From an uncultured Lentisphaerota bacterium (GTDB lineage: Bacteria > Verrucomicrobiota > Kiritimatiellia > CAIQIC01), in contig CAIWHP010000084.1 in the NCBI GenBank assembly GCA_903912445.1, positions 3,621 to 67,620 of the forward strand: a DNA stretch of 64,000 nt. The letters are read 5' to 3'. Made by a program: the position numbers and the translations under genes. How positions within the stretch are numbered: position 1 is the stretch's first letter; each line of letters opens with the position of its first letter. The notes under the pieces are model-generated. The model searched no databases. It was not told where the DNA came from and saw only the letters and a list, made by a program, of their open reading frames with translations. Positions 30,891 through 40,565 of this stretch are shown piece by piece.

Positions 30891-32165
30891 ATGAAAATAT
30901 CGAGCGCGATGGTCCTGGGTTGGATGGTGCTGGCGGGCGCGGCGCGGGCCGACTGGCCGGAGTTTCGCGGGCCGACGGGCGACGGGCAGGCGGGCGCCGC
31001 CGGTCTGCCGCTGACGTGGAGCGAGCAGGAAAACGTGAAGTGGAAGACGGAAATTCCCTTTCGCGGCTGGTCCACGCCGGTCGTCCTCGGCGGGCAGGTG
31101 TGGCTGACCACCGCGACGCCCGACGGCCACGACTACTACGCCCTGTGCCTCGACGCGGCGACGGGCAAAATCCTTTTCAACGAAAAGCTTTTTCACTCCG
31201 ATAATCCTGAGCCGCTGGGCAATGCGGTCAATGGCTACGGCTCGTGTTCGCCGGCGATCGAGCCGGGCCGGGTCTATATCCACTTCGGCAGCTATGGCAC
31301 CGCCTGCCTCGACACCGGCACGTTCAAGGTGCTCTGGCAGCGCACCGACCTGCCGTGCCGCCACTACCGCGGGCCGGCCTCGTCGGTCATCGTGTTCGAG
31401 AATATGCTGATCCTGACGATGGACGGCGTGGACGTGCAGTACCTGATCGCGCTCGACAAGCTCACCGGCAAGACGCTCTGGAAGACCGACCGCTCGGTGC
31501 CCTGGAACGACGAGCACGCGACCTCCCGCTTCGCGAAGGATGGCGACCTGCGCAAGGCCCACAGCACCCCGCTGCTCGTCACCATCAACGGCGAACCCCA
31601 GCTGCTCACCGTGGGGGCCAAGGCGGCCTACGGCTATGTGGCGCGGACCGGCAAGGAACTCTGGCGCGTGCAATATCCCAGCGCCTGGTCGGCCTCGGCG
31701 CGGCCGGTGTTCAGCCACGGCCTCGCGCTGCTCATCACCGGCCTCGGCAAGACGGAGCTGTGGGCCGTGCGCACCGGTGGGCAGGGCGATGTGACCGGTA
31801 CGCATATCGCGTGGAAGTGCGAGAAGAGCGCCGCCAAGACGGCCTCGCCGGTGGTGGTGGACGACCTGCTCTACATGGTCAACGACGACAGCACCGCCTC
31901 GTGCCTCGAGGTCGCGACGGGCCAGCTCGTGTGGCGCGAACGGCTCGGCGGCAATTTTGCCGCGTCGCCGGTCGTCGCCGACGGCCGGATCATCTTCGCG
32001 AACCAGCAGGGCAAGACGACCGTGGTCCAGCCCGGCCGCACCTTCGCGCCGATCGCCACCAACACCCTCGACATCGGCTGCATGGCCTCGCCCGCCGTGG
32101 ATGGCAAGTCGCTCTACCTGCGCACCAAGACCCACCTCTACCGCATCGAAGCCGCGGGGAAGTGA
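30891..32165 (+). CDS. PQQ-like beta-propeller repeat protein, secreted
   Basis: ATG 30891 after GGAGAG. Signal MKISSAMVLGWMVLAGAARA. Repeated G.LW..... blades. Confidence 0.6.
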   Translation: MKISSAMVLGWMVLAGAARADWPEFRGPTGDGQAGAAGLPLTWSEQENVKWKTEIPFRGWSTPVVLGGQVWLTTATPDGHDYYALCLDAATGKILFNEKLFHSDNPEPLGNAVNGYGSCSPAIEPGRVYIHFGSYGTACLDTGTFKVLWQRTDLPCRHYRGPASSVIVFENMLILTMDGVDVQYLIALDKLTGKTLWKTDRSVPWNDEHATSRFAKDGDLRKAHSTPLLVTINGEPQLLTVGAKAAYGYVARTGKELWRVQYPSAWSASARPVFSHGLALLITGLGKTELWAVRTGGQGDVTGTHIAWKCEKSAAKTASPVVVDDLLYMVNDDSTASCLEVATGQLVWRERLGGNFAASPVVADGRIIFANQQGKTTVVQPGRTFAPIATNTLDIGCMASPAVDGKSLYLRTKTHLYRIEAAGK

Positions 32166-32379
32166 GTCGAGCAGAGGTCAGCGCTGAGAGGTCAGAAGTC
32201 AGCGATCAGCGGTCAGCCGGATGAAGAAATCCGCCGTAACGCGGCGGCGTGGCTAAGAGCCTCAGGTGGAGCGTGTGGTCTGTTTTGCCGGCAATGCGCT
32301 GACGCTTTTCAGCGCTTGCCCTACCTGAGGACGGGGCTTTTCGGCCCTGCACCCACCCGCGCGGAAACCGAGGCGGCGA

Positions 32380-32748
32380 TCACGGCTGCTCGCCCGCCGG
32401 GGTCAGCACGCGGACGGTCGGTGTCTTGGCCAGCAACCCGGCGAGGGCTGCGCCTGCGGCGTTGAAGTGGGCGGTGGCCAGGTGCACCGCCAAGGCGTCC
32501 AGGTTGCTCCACCGCTCATGCATGACGAAGCAATCGGGTGCGTCGGTATCCCGGTATAAATCGTAGGCTATGCAGCCCGCCTCCAGGCGCGTGAGGGGGA
32601 TGACCTGCGAGCCGGCTATCGCCGTCGCGACCTCGTCACCCCGGCCAGGCAGGGCATTCAAATCGGCCATGATGCCGAACGGTTGGCTGCTGTCGGCCAA
32701 TTTCCTCCGGAGCATGGCCACTATCGGATGATCGTTCATGATGTTCAC
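32380..32748 (-). CDS. Antibiotic-biosynthesis-monooxygenase (ABM/Dabb) family protein
   Basis: About 120 aa ferredoxin-like fold protein; GTG 32748 or ATG 32739. Confidence 0.5.
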   Translation of the reverse strand: MNIMNDHPIVAMLRRKLADSSQPFGIMADLNALPGRGDEVATAIAGSQVIPLTRLEAGCIAYDLYRDTDAPDCFVMHERWSNLDALAVHLATAHFNAAGAALAGLLAKTPTVRVLTPAGEQP

Positions 32749-32801
32749 TTTTCTTGGATGCCAATGCGCGTGCCGGGCCTGCCGTCATCGGGCACAACTG
32801 C

Positions 32802-33101
32802 TCAGGCGGGAGGTTGGGCCCGCCGGTTGAGCGGCGCCAGCTTTTTGAGCACCCGCTTGAATTCCTTCTCCTCGATTTCAAACTCGGCGAACTCCTCCAG
32901 GTCGAGCGGTTGGTCCGCCATCATGCCGTATTCATCTTCCTCATGGTCCCGATCATAGAGCAGGGCGTTCCCGTTCTCATAGAGCTCCATGTGGCTGACC
33001 GGCGAGCCGTCGGCCTCGACTTCAAAGTAATAGACCGCGGTGCCCCACGCATCGTAATCATCGCCGCGCAACCCATCCCAATGACGCTTGAAAAATCTCA
33101 T
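32802..33101 (-). CDS. Hypothetical acidic small protein
   Basis: 99 aa ORF with protein-like composition (MRFFKRHWDGLRGDDYDAWGTAVYYFEVEADG...). Confidence 0.4.
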   Translation of the reverse strand: MRFFKRHWDGLRGDDYDAWGTAVYYFEVEADGSPVSHMELYENGNALLYDRDHEEDEYGMMADQPLDLEEFAEFEIEEKEFKRVLKKLAPLNRRAQPPA

Positions 33102-33157
33102 AGGACCATTTCATCCGTTTGCCCGCGGGCGGAATGACGCCGCCCCCTGCGGCGATG

Positions 33158-34282
33158 CTACGGCGGCGGCGGCGGGGGCGCAAGAGCGGATGCAGCGGCC
33201 TCCGGCGCGAATTGGCGGAAGACGTCCAACCACGCGCGCCAGAGGGCTTGCGGGATGGTCAATTTGCCGGCGGCCTTGAGGGCGTCGTACTCCTCCGCGG
33301 TGATGCCGTCGTAATGGCCGAGCCAGCCGCACGCCATGGGGCGCGAGGCGCGCAGGAACTGCAGCTCCTCCTCCGGCCCGCAGGCGAGGTTGAACGTCTC
33401 CTCGATCACCACCGGCTTGCCGACGCAGAACCTCTTCAGGCCGTCGAGCGCCTCGGGCACTTTGCCTTTTTCGGGATAGATGTGGACGCTGACGAAATCC
33501 AGCTCCGGCGCGACCGCCTCCGGGATGAAGCCGGAGAGATGTCCCCACTTGGGCACCCACGGCAACAGGCCGGCGGTGATCAGCGTCCTGTTGTCGTGTT
33601 TGCGGATCGCGCGCGTCAGGGCGCGGATCCACTGCTGCGCGATTTCCTCCCGTTTGCGCCCGGCGGAGGCCAGCGCGATGTACTGCACGAAATCGTATTC
33701 GCCCAGCAGCTTGCCGGAGCGCCACTCGCCCGGCTTGCGCGGACCCGCGGGCGAGATCGGCTCGTTCATCAGATCGAAGCAGAACACCGCCGGATTGGTG
33801 GCGCACTGCTTCGCGATGGCCTCCCAGAACGCCGCTTGCGTGGACCAGCGGCCGGCGTCGTCGAGCGCGTCGTACCACGCGGGCACATCGGCCGGGCGAT
33901 AGGAGGCGAGCCCGGTCAGGTCGAGGTAGATGCCCGCCTCGTTTGCGAGCGCGACGAGCTTGCCGAGCTGCGCCAGCGCCGTCGCGTTAGGCTTGGCGGG
34001 CGAGTCCATGAATTTGCCGAACTGCAAGTGGACGCGGGTGACGTTCGCGCCGAGCTTCTTCATCTCCCGGAAATCGCGAGCGACGGCGGCCCAGTCGTTG
34101 GTCCAGAAATCCTCGATCAGCCGGCCGCGGTTGCCGTAATTAAAGCCGAGCGGATGGAACGGCTGCCTGGAATCCGCCAGCACAAAGCCGCGGCCGTCCG
34201 CCGCCACGGCCACGCGCGGCAGCTCCGCCGCGACCGCAGCGCTGGCCAGCAGCAGTGCGCTGAAAAAGATTGTCCGCAGCAT
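33158..34282 (-). CDS. GH5 family glycoside hydrolase (cellulase/mannanase-like), secreted
   Basis: ATG 34282; signal MLRTIFFSALLLASAAVAA; catalytic acid in LMNEP, nucleophile in VIEETF. Confidence 0.65.
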   Translation of the reverse strand: MLRTIFFSALLLASAAVAAELPRVAVAADGRGFVLADSRQPFHPLGFNYGNRGRLIEDFWTNDWAAVARDFREMKKLGANVTRVHLQFGKFMDSPAKPNATALAQLGKLVALANEAGIYLDLTGLASYRPADVPAWYDALDDAGRWSTQAAFWEAIAKQCATNPAVFCFDLMNEPISPAGPRKPGEWRSGKLLGEYDFVQYIALASAGRKREEIAQQWIRALTRAIRKHDNRTLITAGLLPWVPKWGHLSGFIPEAVAPELDFVSVHIYPEKGKVPEALDGLKRFCVGKPVVIEETFNLACGPEEELQFLRASRPMACGWLGHYDGITAEEYDALKAAGKLTIPQALWRAWLDVFRQFAPEAAASALAPPPPPP

Positions 34283-34296
34283 TCTCTGCTCCCGCC

Positions 34297-34344
34297 TTCC
34301 AAGGCTTGGAAGAAATCACGATACTCTTTTCCAGACTTTGGGAA
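34297..34344. repeat. Palindromic element array R8 (2 copies, centres 34304 and about 34336)
   Basis: ttccaaggcttggaa, ttccagactttgggaa; 15 bp upstream of the GH5 ATG. Confidence 0.75.
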
Positions 34345-34737
34345 ACTCCTTTTAGTAACAGCGGAAAGCCCGAACTGCGCCATCACAAAACATACCGGCC
34401 GATTTATTCTGGCTATAACGACCAAGCTTCCACCGCAGATGAGCAGGTTTTCCCCGACTACGATCAGTATGACCCCGGTCCCGTTTACGATTGATTCGCC
34501 CAACGCCGCGCATCCGTATTGTCCTGCCGCGCCTAACGACCGCCGCAACCTCGCTCCCACGCGAAATTTCGCCCAACGAAAAGCTTGCTTTTGCGGGGCG
34601 CTGCGTAAAAATGCGCGCCTGATTTTTCAGTGTCATAGTGCGGTCGATAAGCGGCGCTCCCCCGGTGGGCGCGCCGAAACAATTTCTTATTTGGGTTAAT
34701 TGCTTTGAACTTTATTCTCCGTCGGTAGGGTCAAGCC

Positions 34738-36810
34738 ATGGGATTGCGCGCTTTGATCGGATTACGACTGCTGGCGACGGCCATGACGACGTCGGTCGTC
34801 TCCGCCGAGACCGTCTGGCTCGCCGACCTTAATCTATCGCCGGTCGTCCAGCCCTGGGGTCGACCCCAGAAAAACAGCTGCGCGGCGAGGAAGCCGGAGG
34901 ACGCTGCTCCGCTCAAGATTCGGGGGAAGGTCTTTGCGCGAGGTGTGGGCACGGTCGCCGAAAGCATCTTGGTCGTCTCGCTCGAAGGCGGCGCGAAGAC
35001 GTTTTCAGCCCAGGTCGGCCTGGATGACGCCAAGCGCGGATCTGCCAGGTCGAGCGTGGAATTCTTCGTCATCGGCGACGGCCGGATGCTCTGGCGCAGC
35101 GGCGTGATGCGCACCGGTACGGAAGCGAAGCCCTGCGAGGTGAACGTCGTCGGGGTGCGGCAGCTGATGCTCAAGGTCGGCGACGCGGAGGACGGTAATA
35201 ACGACGATTTCGCGGACTGGGCTGACGCCCGTTTCGAGACGACGGGGGCCAAGACTTTCCGGACCTCAGGAGAGCCCGTCCCCGCGCCGGTCGCGCCGTA
35301 TATTCTGACTCCGCCGCCGCCGGCCTCGCCTAGGATCAACGGACCGGGCGTCTTCGGCGTTCGTCCGGGCTCGCCGTTCCTGTATGCGATTCCGGCGACC
35401 GGTGAGCGCCCGCTCGCATATCAGGCCAAGGGTCTCCCGACGGGCCTGAGGCTGGACCCGAAGACCGGGCGAATCTCCGGCGTATTGTCCGCCAAGGGCG
35501 AATTCATCGTCACCCTCCGCGCCACGAACGCGCGCGGTTCCGCGGAGAAACGGTTCCGCATCGTCTGTGGCGACACCCTCGCGCTGACCCCGCCGATGGG
35601 GTGGAACAGCTGGAACTGCTTCGCCCAGACGGTCTCCGCCGAAAAGATCAAGGCCGCCGCTGACGCGATGGTCAGCACCGGCCTCGCCGACCACGGCTGG
35701 TCCTACGTCAACATCGACGACTACTGGCAGAACCACCTTCCGACGGACGAGAAGACCCTCCAGGACCTGGTTCGCCCGTTTCGTGACGAGCGCGGCGTCA
35801 TCGCCTCCAACGTCCGCTTTCCCGACATGAAGGGCCTCGCGGACTACATCCATGCCCGCGGGCTGAAGGCCGGACTATATTCCTCGCCGGGTCCGACGAC
35901 GTGCGGCAAATGCGCCGGCAGTTGGCTGCACGAGGAGCAGGATGCCCGCACCTTCGCCGAGTGGGGCTTCGATTTCCTTAAATATGACTGGTGCAGCTAC
36001 AGCTCCGTCGTGGAGGGCAAGGTCCCGACTCCTTCGGGCGTCCCGGTCCGGAAGGGCTCCAAGGACGACGCCTATGCGAGCCACCCTTTCAAGGTCATGG
36101 GCGGATACCTGCGCGCGCAGAAGCGCGACATCGTCTTCAGTCTCTGCCAGTACGGTAATAATGACGTGTGGAAATGGGGTGCGGCCGTCGGCGGCAGCAG
36201 CTGGCGCACCACGGGTGATGTGAATGACTCCTGGCGCAGCGTCCGAGAAATCGGCTTCACGCAGGACAAGGCCGCACCCTACGCCAAGCCGGGCAGCTGG
36301 ACCGATACGGACATGCTGATCCTCGGGTGGATCGGCTGGGGTCGTATGCGGCCGACCTCGCTGAGCGCGGATGAGCAATACGCCCACGTCAGCCTCTGGT
36401 GCATGCTCTCCTCGCCTTTGCTGATTGGTTGCGACATGACCAAACTGGATGCTTTCACCTTGAACCTGCTGGCCAATGACGAGGTGCTCGCGGTCAACCA
36501 GGATGAGCTGGGCCGGCAGGCGACGTGCGCGCTCCGGATTGAGGAGGTCGAGGGCAAGGTCGCCGATGTCCGGATCTATGCCAAGGACTTGGCAGATGGC
36601 GGCAGGGCGGTGGCGTTCTTCAATTTAGGCGTCGAGCCGGTAAAGTTGGCATTCAAGGAGTTCGGAAAACTGAAACTCTCGGGCCGACAGGTCGCGCGGG
36701 ATCTGTGGCGCCAACGGGACGTCGCCACGCCTGATACGGCGAAGGATGCCCTGCCGCTTCTCCTTCCCGGACATGGCGTGCTGCTCTATAAGTTCGCCGC
36801 GGCAAAATAG
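34738..36810 (+). CDS. GH27 alpha-galactosidase / alpha-N-acetylgalactosaminidase with N-terminal NPCBM-like carbohydrate-binding domain
   Basis: PPMGWNSWN and KYDWC GH27 catalytic motifs; N-terminal NPCBM/NEW2-like domain; signal peptide. Confidence 0.75.
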   Translation: MGLRALIGLRLLATAMTTSVVSAETVWLADLNLSPVVQPWGRPQKNSCAARKPEDAAPLKIRGKVFARGVGTVAESILVVSLEGGAKTFSAQVGLDDAKRGSARSSVEFFVIGDGRMLWRSGVMRTGTEAKPCEVNVVGVRQLMLKVGDAEDGNNDDFADWADARFETTGAKTFRTSGEPVPAPVAPYILTPPPPASPRINGPGVFGVRPGSPFLYAIPATGERPLAYQAKGLPTGLRLDPKTGRISGVLSAKGEFIVTLRATNARGSAEKRFRIVCGDTLALTPPMGWNSWNCFAQTVSAEKIKAAADAMVSTGLADHGWSYVNIDDYWQNHLPTDEKTLQDLVRPFRDERGVIASNVRFPDMKGLADYIHARGLKAGLYSSPGPTTCGKCAGSWLHEEQDARTFAEWGFDFLKYDWCSYSSVVEGKVPTPSGVPVRKGSKDDAYASHPFKVMGGYLRAQKRDIVFSLCQYGNNDVWKWGAAVGGSSWRTTGDVNDSWRSVREIGFTQDKAAPYAKPGSWTDTDMLILGWIGWGRMRPTSLSADEQYAHVSLWCMLSSPLLIGCDMTKLDAFTLNLLANDEVLAVNQDELGRQATCALRIEEVEGKVADVRIYAKDLADGGRAVAFFNLGVEPVKLAFKEFGKLKLSGRQVARDLWRQRDVATPDTAKDALPLLLPGHGVLLYKFAAAK

Positions 36811-36926
36811 CTCCAGCCCCAGTCTTTTCTCGTTATTCTCTATCGGGGAGGGATGCGATTGCCATCGCATCCGTCTGTATCGGGGTAGGGGCAGCACCGC
36901 GTGCTGCCCTAGGTTATCGGGAAGGG

Positions 36927-37205
36927 TTGAGCGGCCTCGCTAAACCGCGGTTGACCAAGAGTGGTCAGCCCTACCTTGAGGCAGTGATGCAGAACTCAAA
37001 GGAAGACCGGAAACCGGAGTTAACCACGCCGGCCCTGCGGCCCGTGCCGTCCGCGACGTGGAGGGAACTGATCAAGCTGGTGTGGGAGGTCGATCCTCTT
37101 CTCTGCCCGCGGTGCGACGCGGAAATGGTCGCAATCAACGACTTGGTAGTCACAACTAACATTCTGCGGCGGCAGGAATGCCGCCGCTCCCAGCTAGAAG
37201 CATAG
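36927..37205 (+). mobile_element. Remnant of an IS91-family (rolling-circle, Y2) transposase C-terminus
   Basis: WRELIKLVWEVDPLLCPRCDAEMVAINDLVVTTNILRRQ resembles the conserved IS91/IS801 C-terminal ...LLKRVF.ID...CP.CGG.M..IA.I.D..VI..IL.HLG; sits in a lower-GC patch. Confidence 0.35.
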
Positions 37206-37250
37206 TCGCCTCTGTACCTCGTCTTCCCTCTGCGCCCTCTGTGGGTTTCA

Positions 37251-38276
37251 TTATTTTTTTCGCAGCAGCGGCCGGATGATGACCCACCAGCCGTGCAGCA
37301 GGCCGCTCAAGATTTTGCCGAACAGTGCGAGGGCTTTCTTCTCCTGCACGGCACCGGGGAGTTCGAGCGTGCCGCCGGTCAGGGTCTGGCGGTCGGGCAC
37401 GCGCTTGTGCGCCATGACGAACTGCTGCTTCGTGCGGATTTTGCTGCGCGAGCGAGCCGCGTCCCAGCAGCCGCCGAGGAATGCGCCGCCCTGGCCTTTG
37501 ATGGCGAAGAAAAATCCGGCGCACAGCTGGTAGAGCAGGATGCCGGGCAGCGCGAGCCAGAAGGTGCGCGTGTCGTAGTGCGTCATCAGGAAACGCCAGC
37601 GGTTGCGCACCTGGAGGCGCACCCACTTGGTGCTGCGGCCGGCGCTCATGTGCCAGCAGACGGCCTGGCTGACGGCGTAGCAGGGGCGGCCGCAGACGGT
37701 CATGCGGAACGTCAGGTCACCATCCTCCCAGCCGAACATCAGGTCCTCGTCGTAGGCGCCGAGGTCGAGCGCGGCACGGCGGTTGAACAGCGCCGCGCCG
37801 GCGGAGACGGTGCCGACGACGAACGGGGCGGCGTGCACGGCACGGTTGACGACGACTTCGCCGGCGTAGTGGATGTCGGCGCCGTTGTACTGGACGCGCT
37901 CGGGCTCGGCGTGGAACCGGATCTGGCCGGTGACCGCGCCGGCGTCGGGGTGCTGGTCGAAGACGGCGGCGAGGCGCGCAGCATAGTCGGGCGCGAAGAG
38001 GATGTCATTGTCGAGCAGCAGCACGAGGTCGGTCTGCGCCTCGCGCAGCGCGCGGTTCCGGGCGGGGTTGGGGCCGCGGTTGTCTCCCATGTCGATCACG
38101 CGGACGCGGCTGCCGTAGCGTTCGCGCACCATCTGCGCCGAGCCGTCGGGCGAGGCGTTGTCCACCAGCAGGATCTCGGCGGTCTCGACGCCTGCCTGGG
38201 CGAACAGGCGCTCGAGCACCGGCGGCAGTGTGGCGGCGCCGTTGTAGTTGACGATGCCGAAGGTGATGCGGTGCAT
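37251..38276 (-). CDS. Family 2 glycosyltransferase
   Basis: ATG 38276 (MHRITFGIVNYNGA...); DNASPDGS, LDNDI (DXD). Confidence 0.75.
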   Translation of the reverse strand: MHRITFGIVNYNGAATLPPVLERLFAQAGVETAEILLVDNASPDGSAQMVRERYGSRVRVIDMGDNRGPNPARNRALREAQTDLVLLLDNDILFAPDYAARLAAVFDQHPDAGAVTGQIRFHAEPERVQYNGADIHYAGEVVVNRAVHAAPFVVGTVSAGAALFNRRAALDLGAYDEDLMFGWEDGDLTFRMTVCGRPCYAVSQAVCWHMSAGRSTKWVRLQVRNRWRFLMTHYDTRTFWLALPGILLYQLCAGFFFAIKGQGGAFLGGCWDAARSRSKIRTKQQFVMAHKRVPDRQTLTGGTLELPGAVQEKKALALFGKILSGLLHGWWVIIRPLLRKK

Positions 38277-38278
38277 GG

Positions 38279-39415
38279 TCAGGGCGAGGCCTCGACGGTG
38301 AGGTTCGGCGTGACCACCAGCGGCTGCGGCACGGCGGCGGCCTTGTGGCCGGGGGCCCACGCGCCGGCGCAGGGCAGGTGGTTCCGGTTCCGGTCGCCCG
38401 GGGTGAGCGCGATATCCATGGTGTAGCTGCCGGGCTGGAAGGCCGGTGGCGGCACCTTGAGCGTCTCGGTTTCTTTCCACACATCGCCGCCGTGGGGCAG
38501 GCCGCAGTCGAAGGTGAACGGGCCGCCCGCGCCGCGCAGCGTAAGCCAGACGTGCGCGCTGCTGCGCACCAGCGCGGCGGGCAGCTGCCAGTGCATCCGG
38601 ACGGCGACTTCCTTGGAGGACGCGACCCGTTCCGGCCATTGCACGCCGAGCAACTGCACGCCGTTGGCGTAGGCGGCCGGCGGCGCGACCGCGGCGGCCA
38701 GCAGCTCGGGGATCGTGACGAAGCGGTAGCCGCGCGCCTTGACCTGCGGGATCAGCCGCGCGACGGCCTGCACGGAGGCGACGCGGTGCGGGCCGTCGTT
38801 GGTCTCCTTGCCGTCGTGCAGCAGGAAGATCGCGCCGGGCGCGAGCTGGTCGAGCAGCGCGCCGGCGATTTCCTCCGGCGTATGCGGGTTCCAGTCGCTC
38901 GCCGCGGCCGACCAGCCGCCGATCACGTGGCCCGTGTCGCGGCAGATTTCGAAGTAGTCCTGGCCGTAGAGGCCGAACGGCGGGCGCATGAGGAGGGGCT
39001 TCTGGCCGGTCAGCTTCTCGAAGATGGCGTCGGCTTGCGTGATCTCCTCGCGGATGACCGCGGGCGTGCTCCGGTCAAAGCGCGGATGGCTGAGCGAGTG
39101 GTTGCCGATCGCGTGTCCGCCGGCGACGATCTCCTGGACGATGTCGGGGTGCTTCGCGGCGTTCAGGCCGATGAGCATGAACGTGACGTGGACGTTCTCC
39201 TTGGCGCAGATGGCGAGCAGCTGCCGCGTGCAGGGATCGTTGGGCCCGTCATCGAAGCTCAGGGCGACGAGCTTTTCCGCCACCGGCACGAAGTGCAGCA
39301 GCTCGCCCGGCTGCGCGACGAAACGCGGCGGCGCAGGCGGCGGCGGTGGCTGCCGTTGCCCGCAGCCGGTCATGAGCAACGCCGCAGCCAGCGCTCCGAA
39401 AATCATCCTGTTCAT
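38279..39415 (-). CDS. Polysaccharide deacetylase (NodB homology domain) lipoprotein
   Basis: LMTGC lipobox; SFDDGP, HSLSHP motifs; stop abuts the GT2 start. Confidence 0.75.
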   Translation of the reverse strand: MNRMIFGALAAALLMTGCGQRQPPPPPAPPRFVAQPGELLHFVPVAEKLVALSFDDGPNDPCTRQLLAICAKENVHVTFMLIGLNAAKHPDIVQEIVAGGHAIGNHSLSHPRFDRSTPAVIREEITQADAIFEKLTGQKPLLMRPPFGLYGQDYFEICRDTGHVIGGWSAAASDWNPHTPEEIAGALLDQLAPGAIFLLHDGKETNDGPHRVASVQAVARLIPQVKARGYRFVTIPELLAAAVAPPAAYANGVQLLGVQWPERVASSKEVAVRMHWQLPAALVRSSAHVWLTLRGAGGPFTFDCGLPHGGDVWKETETLKVPPPAFQPGSYTMDIALTPGDRNRNHLPCAGAWAPGHKAAAVPQPLVVTPNLTVEASP

Positions 39416-39448
39416 CTCATCTCCCCATTGCTAACGTCGTCGCCCGAT

Positions 39449-40435
39449 ATGAAACGATGGCAAAAAAATCTGTTGAAACTCGCCTTCATCACGGCCTGTT
39501 TCGCCATCATCTTTTCCAAAATTCACCCCGCCGAACTGAAACAGCACTTTGCCGAGGTGTCGCCCGGCTGGGTGCTGGCGGCGTGGCTCACCGTCCTCGC
39601 CGAGCCGCTGCTGGTCGCGGTGAAGTGGAATCTACTGCTAGGCGAAAAAGGAATCAACCTCGGCCTGCTGCGCATCGCGCGCATCGTTTTCACCAGCAAC
39701 TTCCTGTGCGTCGCGGTGCCGGTCAGCGTGGGCGCCGACGCGCTGCGGCTGATGATGGTCACGGGCGCGCAGCAGAGCTTCACCCATGCCGCCGGCGCGC
39801 TGGTCGCCGACCGCATCCTGGGGGCGCTGGCGATCATGGTGCTCTCGCTCGTCGGCGTCGCTTGGGCCGGGCTGGCGCTGCTGGGCGTGCAGACGCTCTG
39901 GACCATCCTCGTCCTCGCGGCCGCGGTCCTGACGCTGATCGGGCTGCTGCTCTCGCCGCTGCCGGTGTTCTGGGTGCCGCTGCTCAAGCGCCGGCTGGCC
40001 GGGCGCGGCCGGCTGGCGGCGCGCCTCGTCGCGGTCGCCGAGCGCGCCGTGGCGGTTCACGACTCGCTCACCTCGTTCCGGCATCATCCGGCCCAACTGG
40101 TGCGGGTCTTCGCGCTGAACCTGCTGGCCCAGATGCTGCGCGTGCTGCAGATCGTGCTGCTGTTCCGCGCCGTCGGCCACCCGGTGCCGGTGAGCCAGGC
40201 CGCGGCGTTCGTGCCGATCATCAACATGTTCACCCTGCTGCCGATCTCCTACTTCGGGCTGGGCGTCAAGGAAGGCGCGTTCCTCTATTTCTTCGGCCGC
40301 GCCGGCCTCGCGAAGGCGCTGTGCCTGACGGTCTCGTTCATCACCTACCCGCTGATCCTCGGCGCGATGCTGCCCGGCGCGCTCTTTGCGCTGCTCGACG
40401 CCCTCAAACGCCCCGCCGCTCCCAAGCCGGAGTGA
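39449..40435 (+). CDS. UPF0104 / MprF-like flippase-like integral membrane protein
   Basis: ATG 39449; about 8 TM helices; resembles the lysylphosphatidylglycerol-synthase TM-region family (TIGR00374). Confidence 0.6.
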   Translation: MKRWQKNLLKLAFITACFAIIFSKIHPAELKQHFAEVSPGWVLAAWLTVLAEPLLVAVKWNLLLGEKGINLGLLRIARIVFTSNFLCVAVPVSVGADALRLMMVTGAQQSFTHAAGALVADRILGALAIMVLSLVGVAWAGLALLGVQTLWTILVLAAAVLTLIGLLLSPLPVFWVPLLKRRLAGRGRLAARLVAVAERAVAVHDSLTSFRHHPAQLVRVFALNLLAQMLRVLQIVLLFRAVGHPVPVSQAAAFVPIINMFTLLPISYFGLGVKEGAFLYFFGRAGLAKALCLTVSFITYPLILGAMLPGALFALLDALKRPAAPKPE

Positions 40436-40437
40436 CC

Positions 40438-40515
40438 TTTCCCCGCCTTGGAAGCTGTTTCCTCCGGGTTTTCCGTGACTTGGAATGACGGCGGGCGGAG
40501 TTTTCTGGTCTGGAA
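40438..40515. repeat. Palindromic element array R9 (3 degenerate copies, centres about 40446, 40478, 40509)
   Basis: ttccccgccttggaa, ttccgtgacttggaa, ttctggtctggaa. Confidence 0.6.
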
Positions 40516-40565
40516 ACCAGTGGCAATGCAAAAGAAAATCTTGCTTTGAGCCCGCGTGGACGGCT

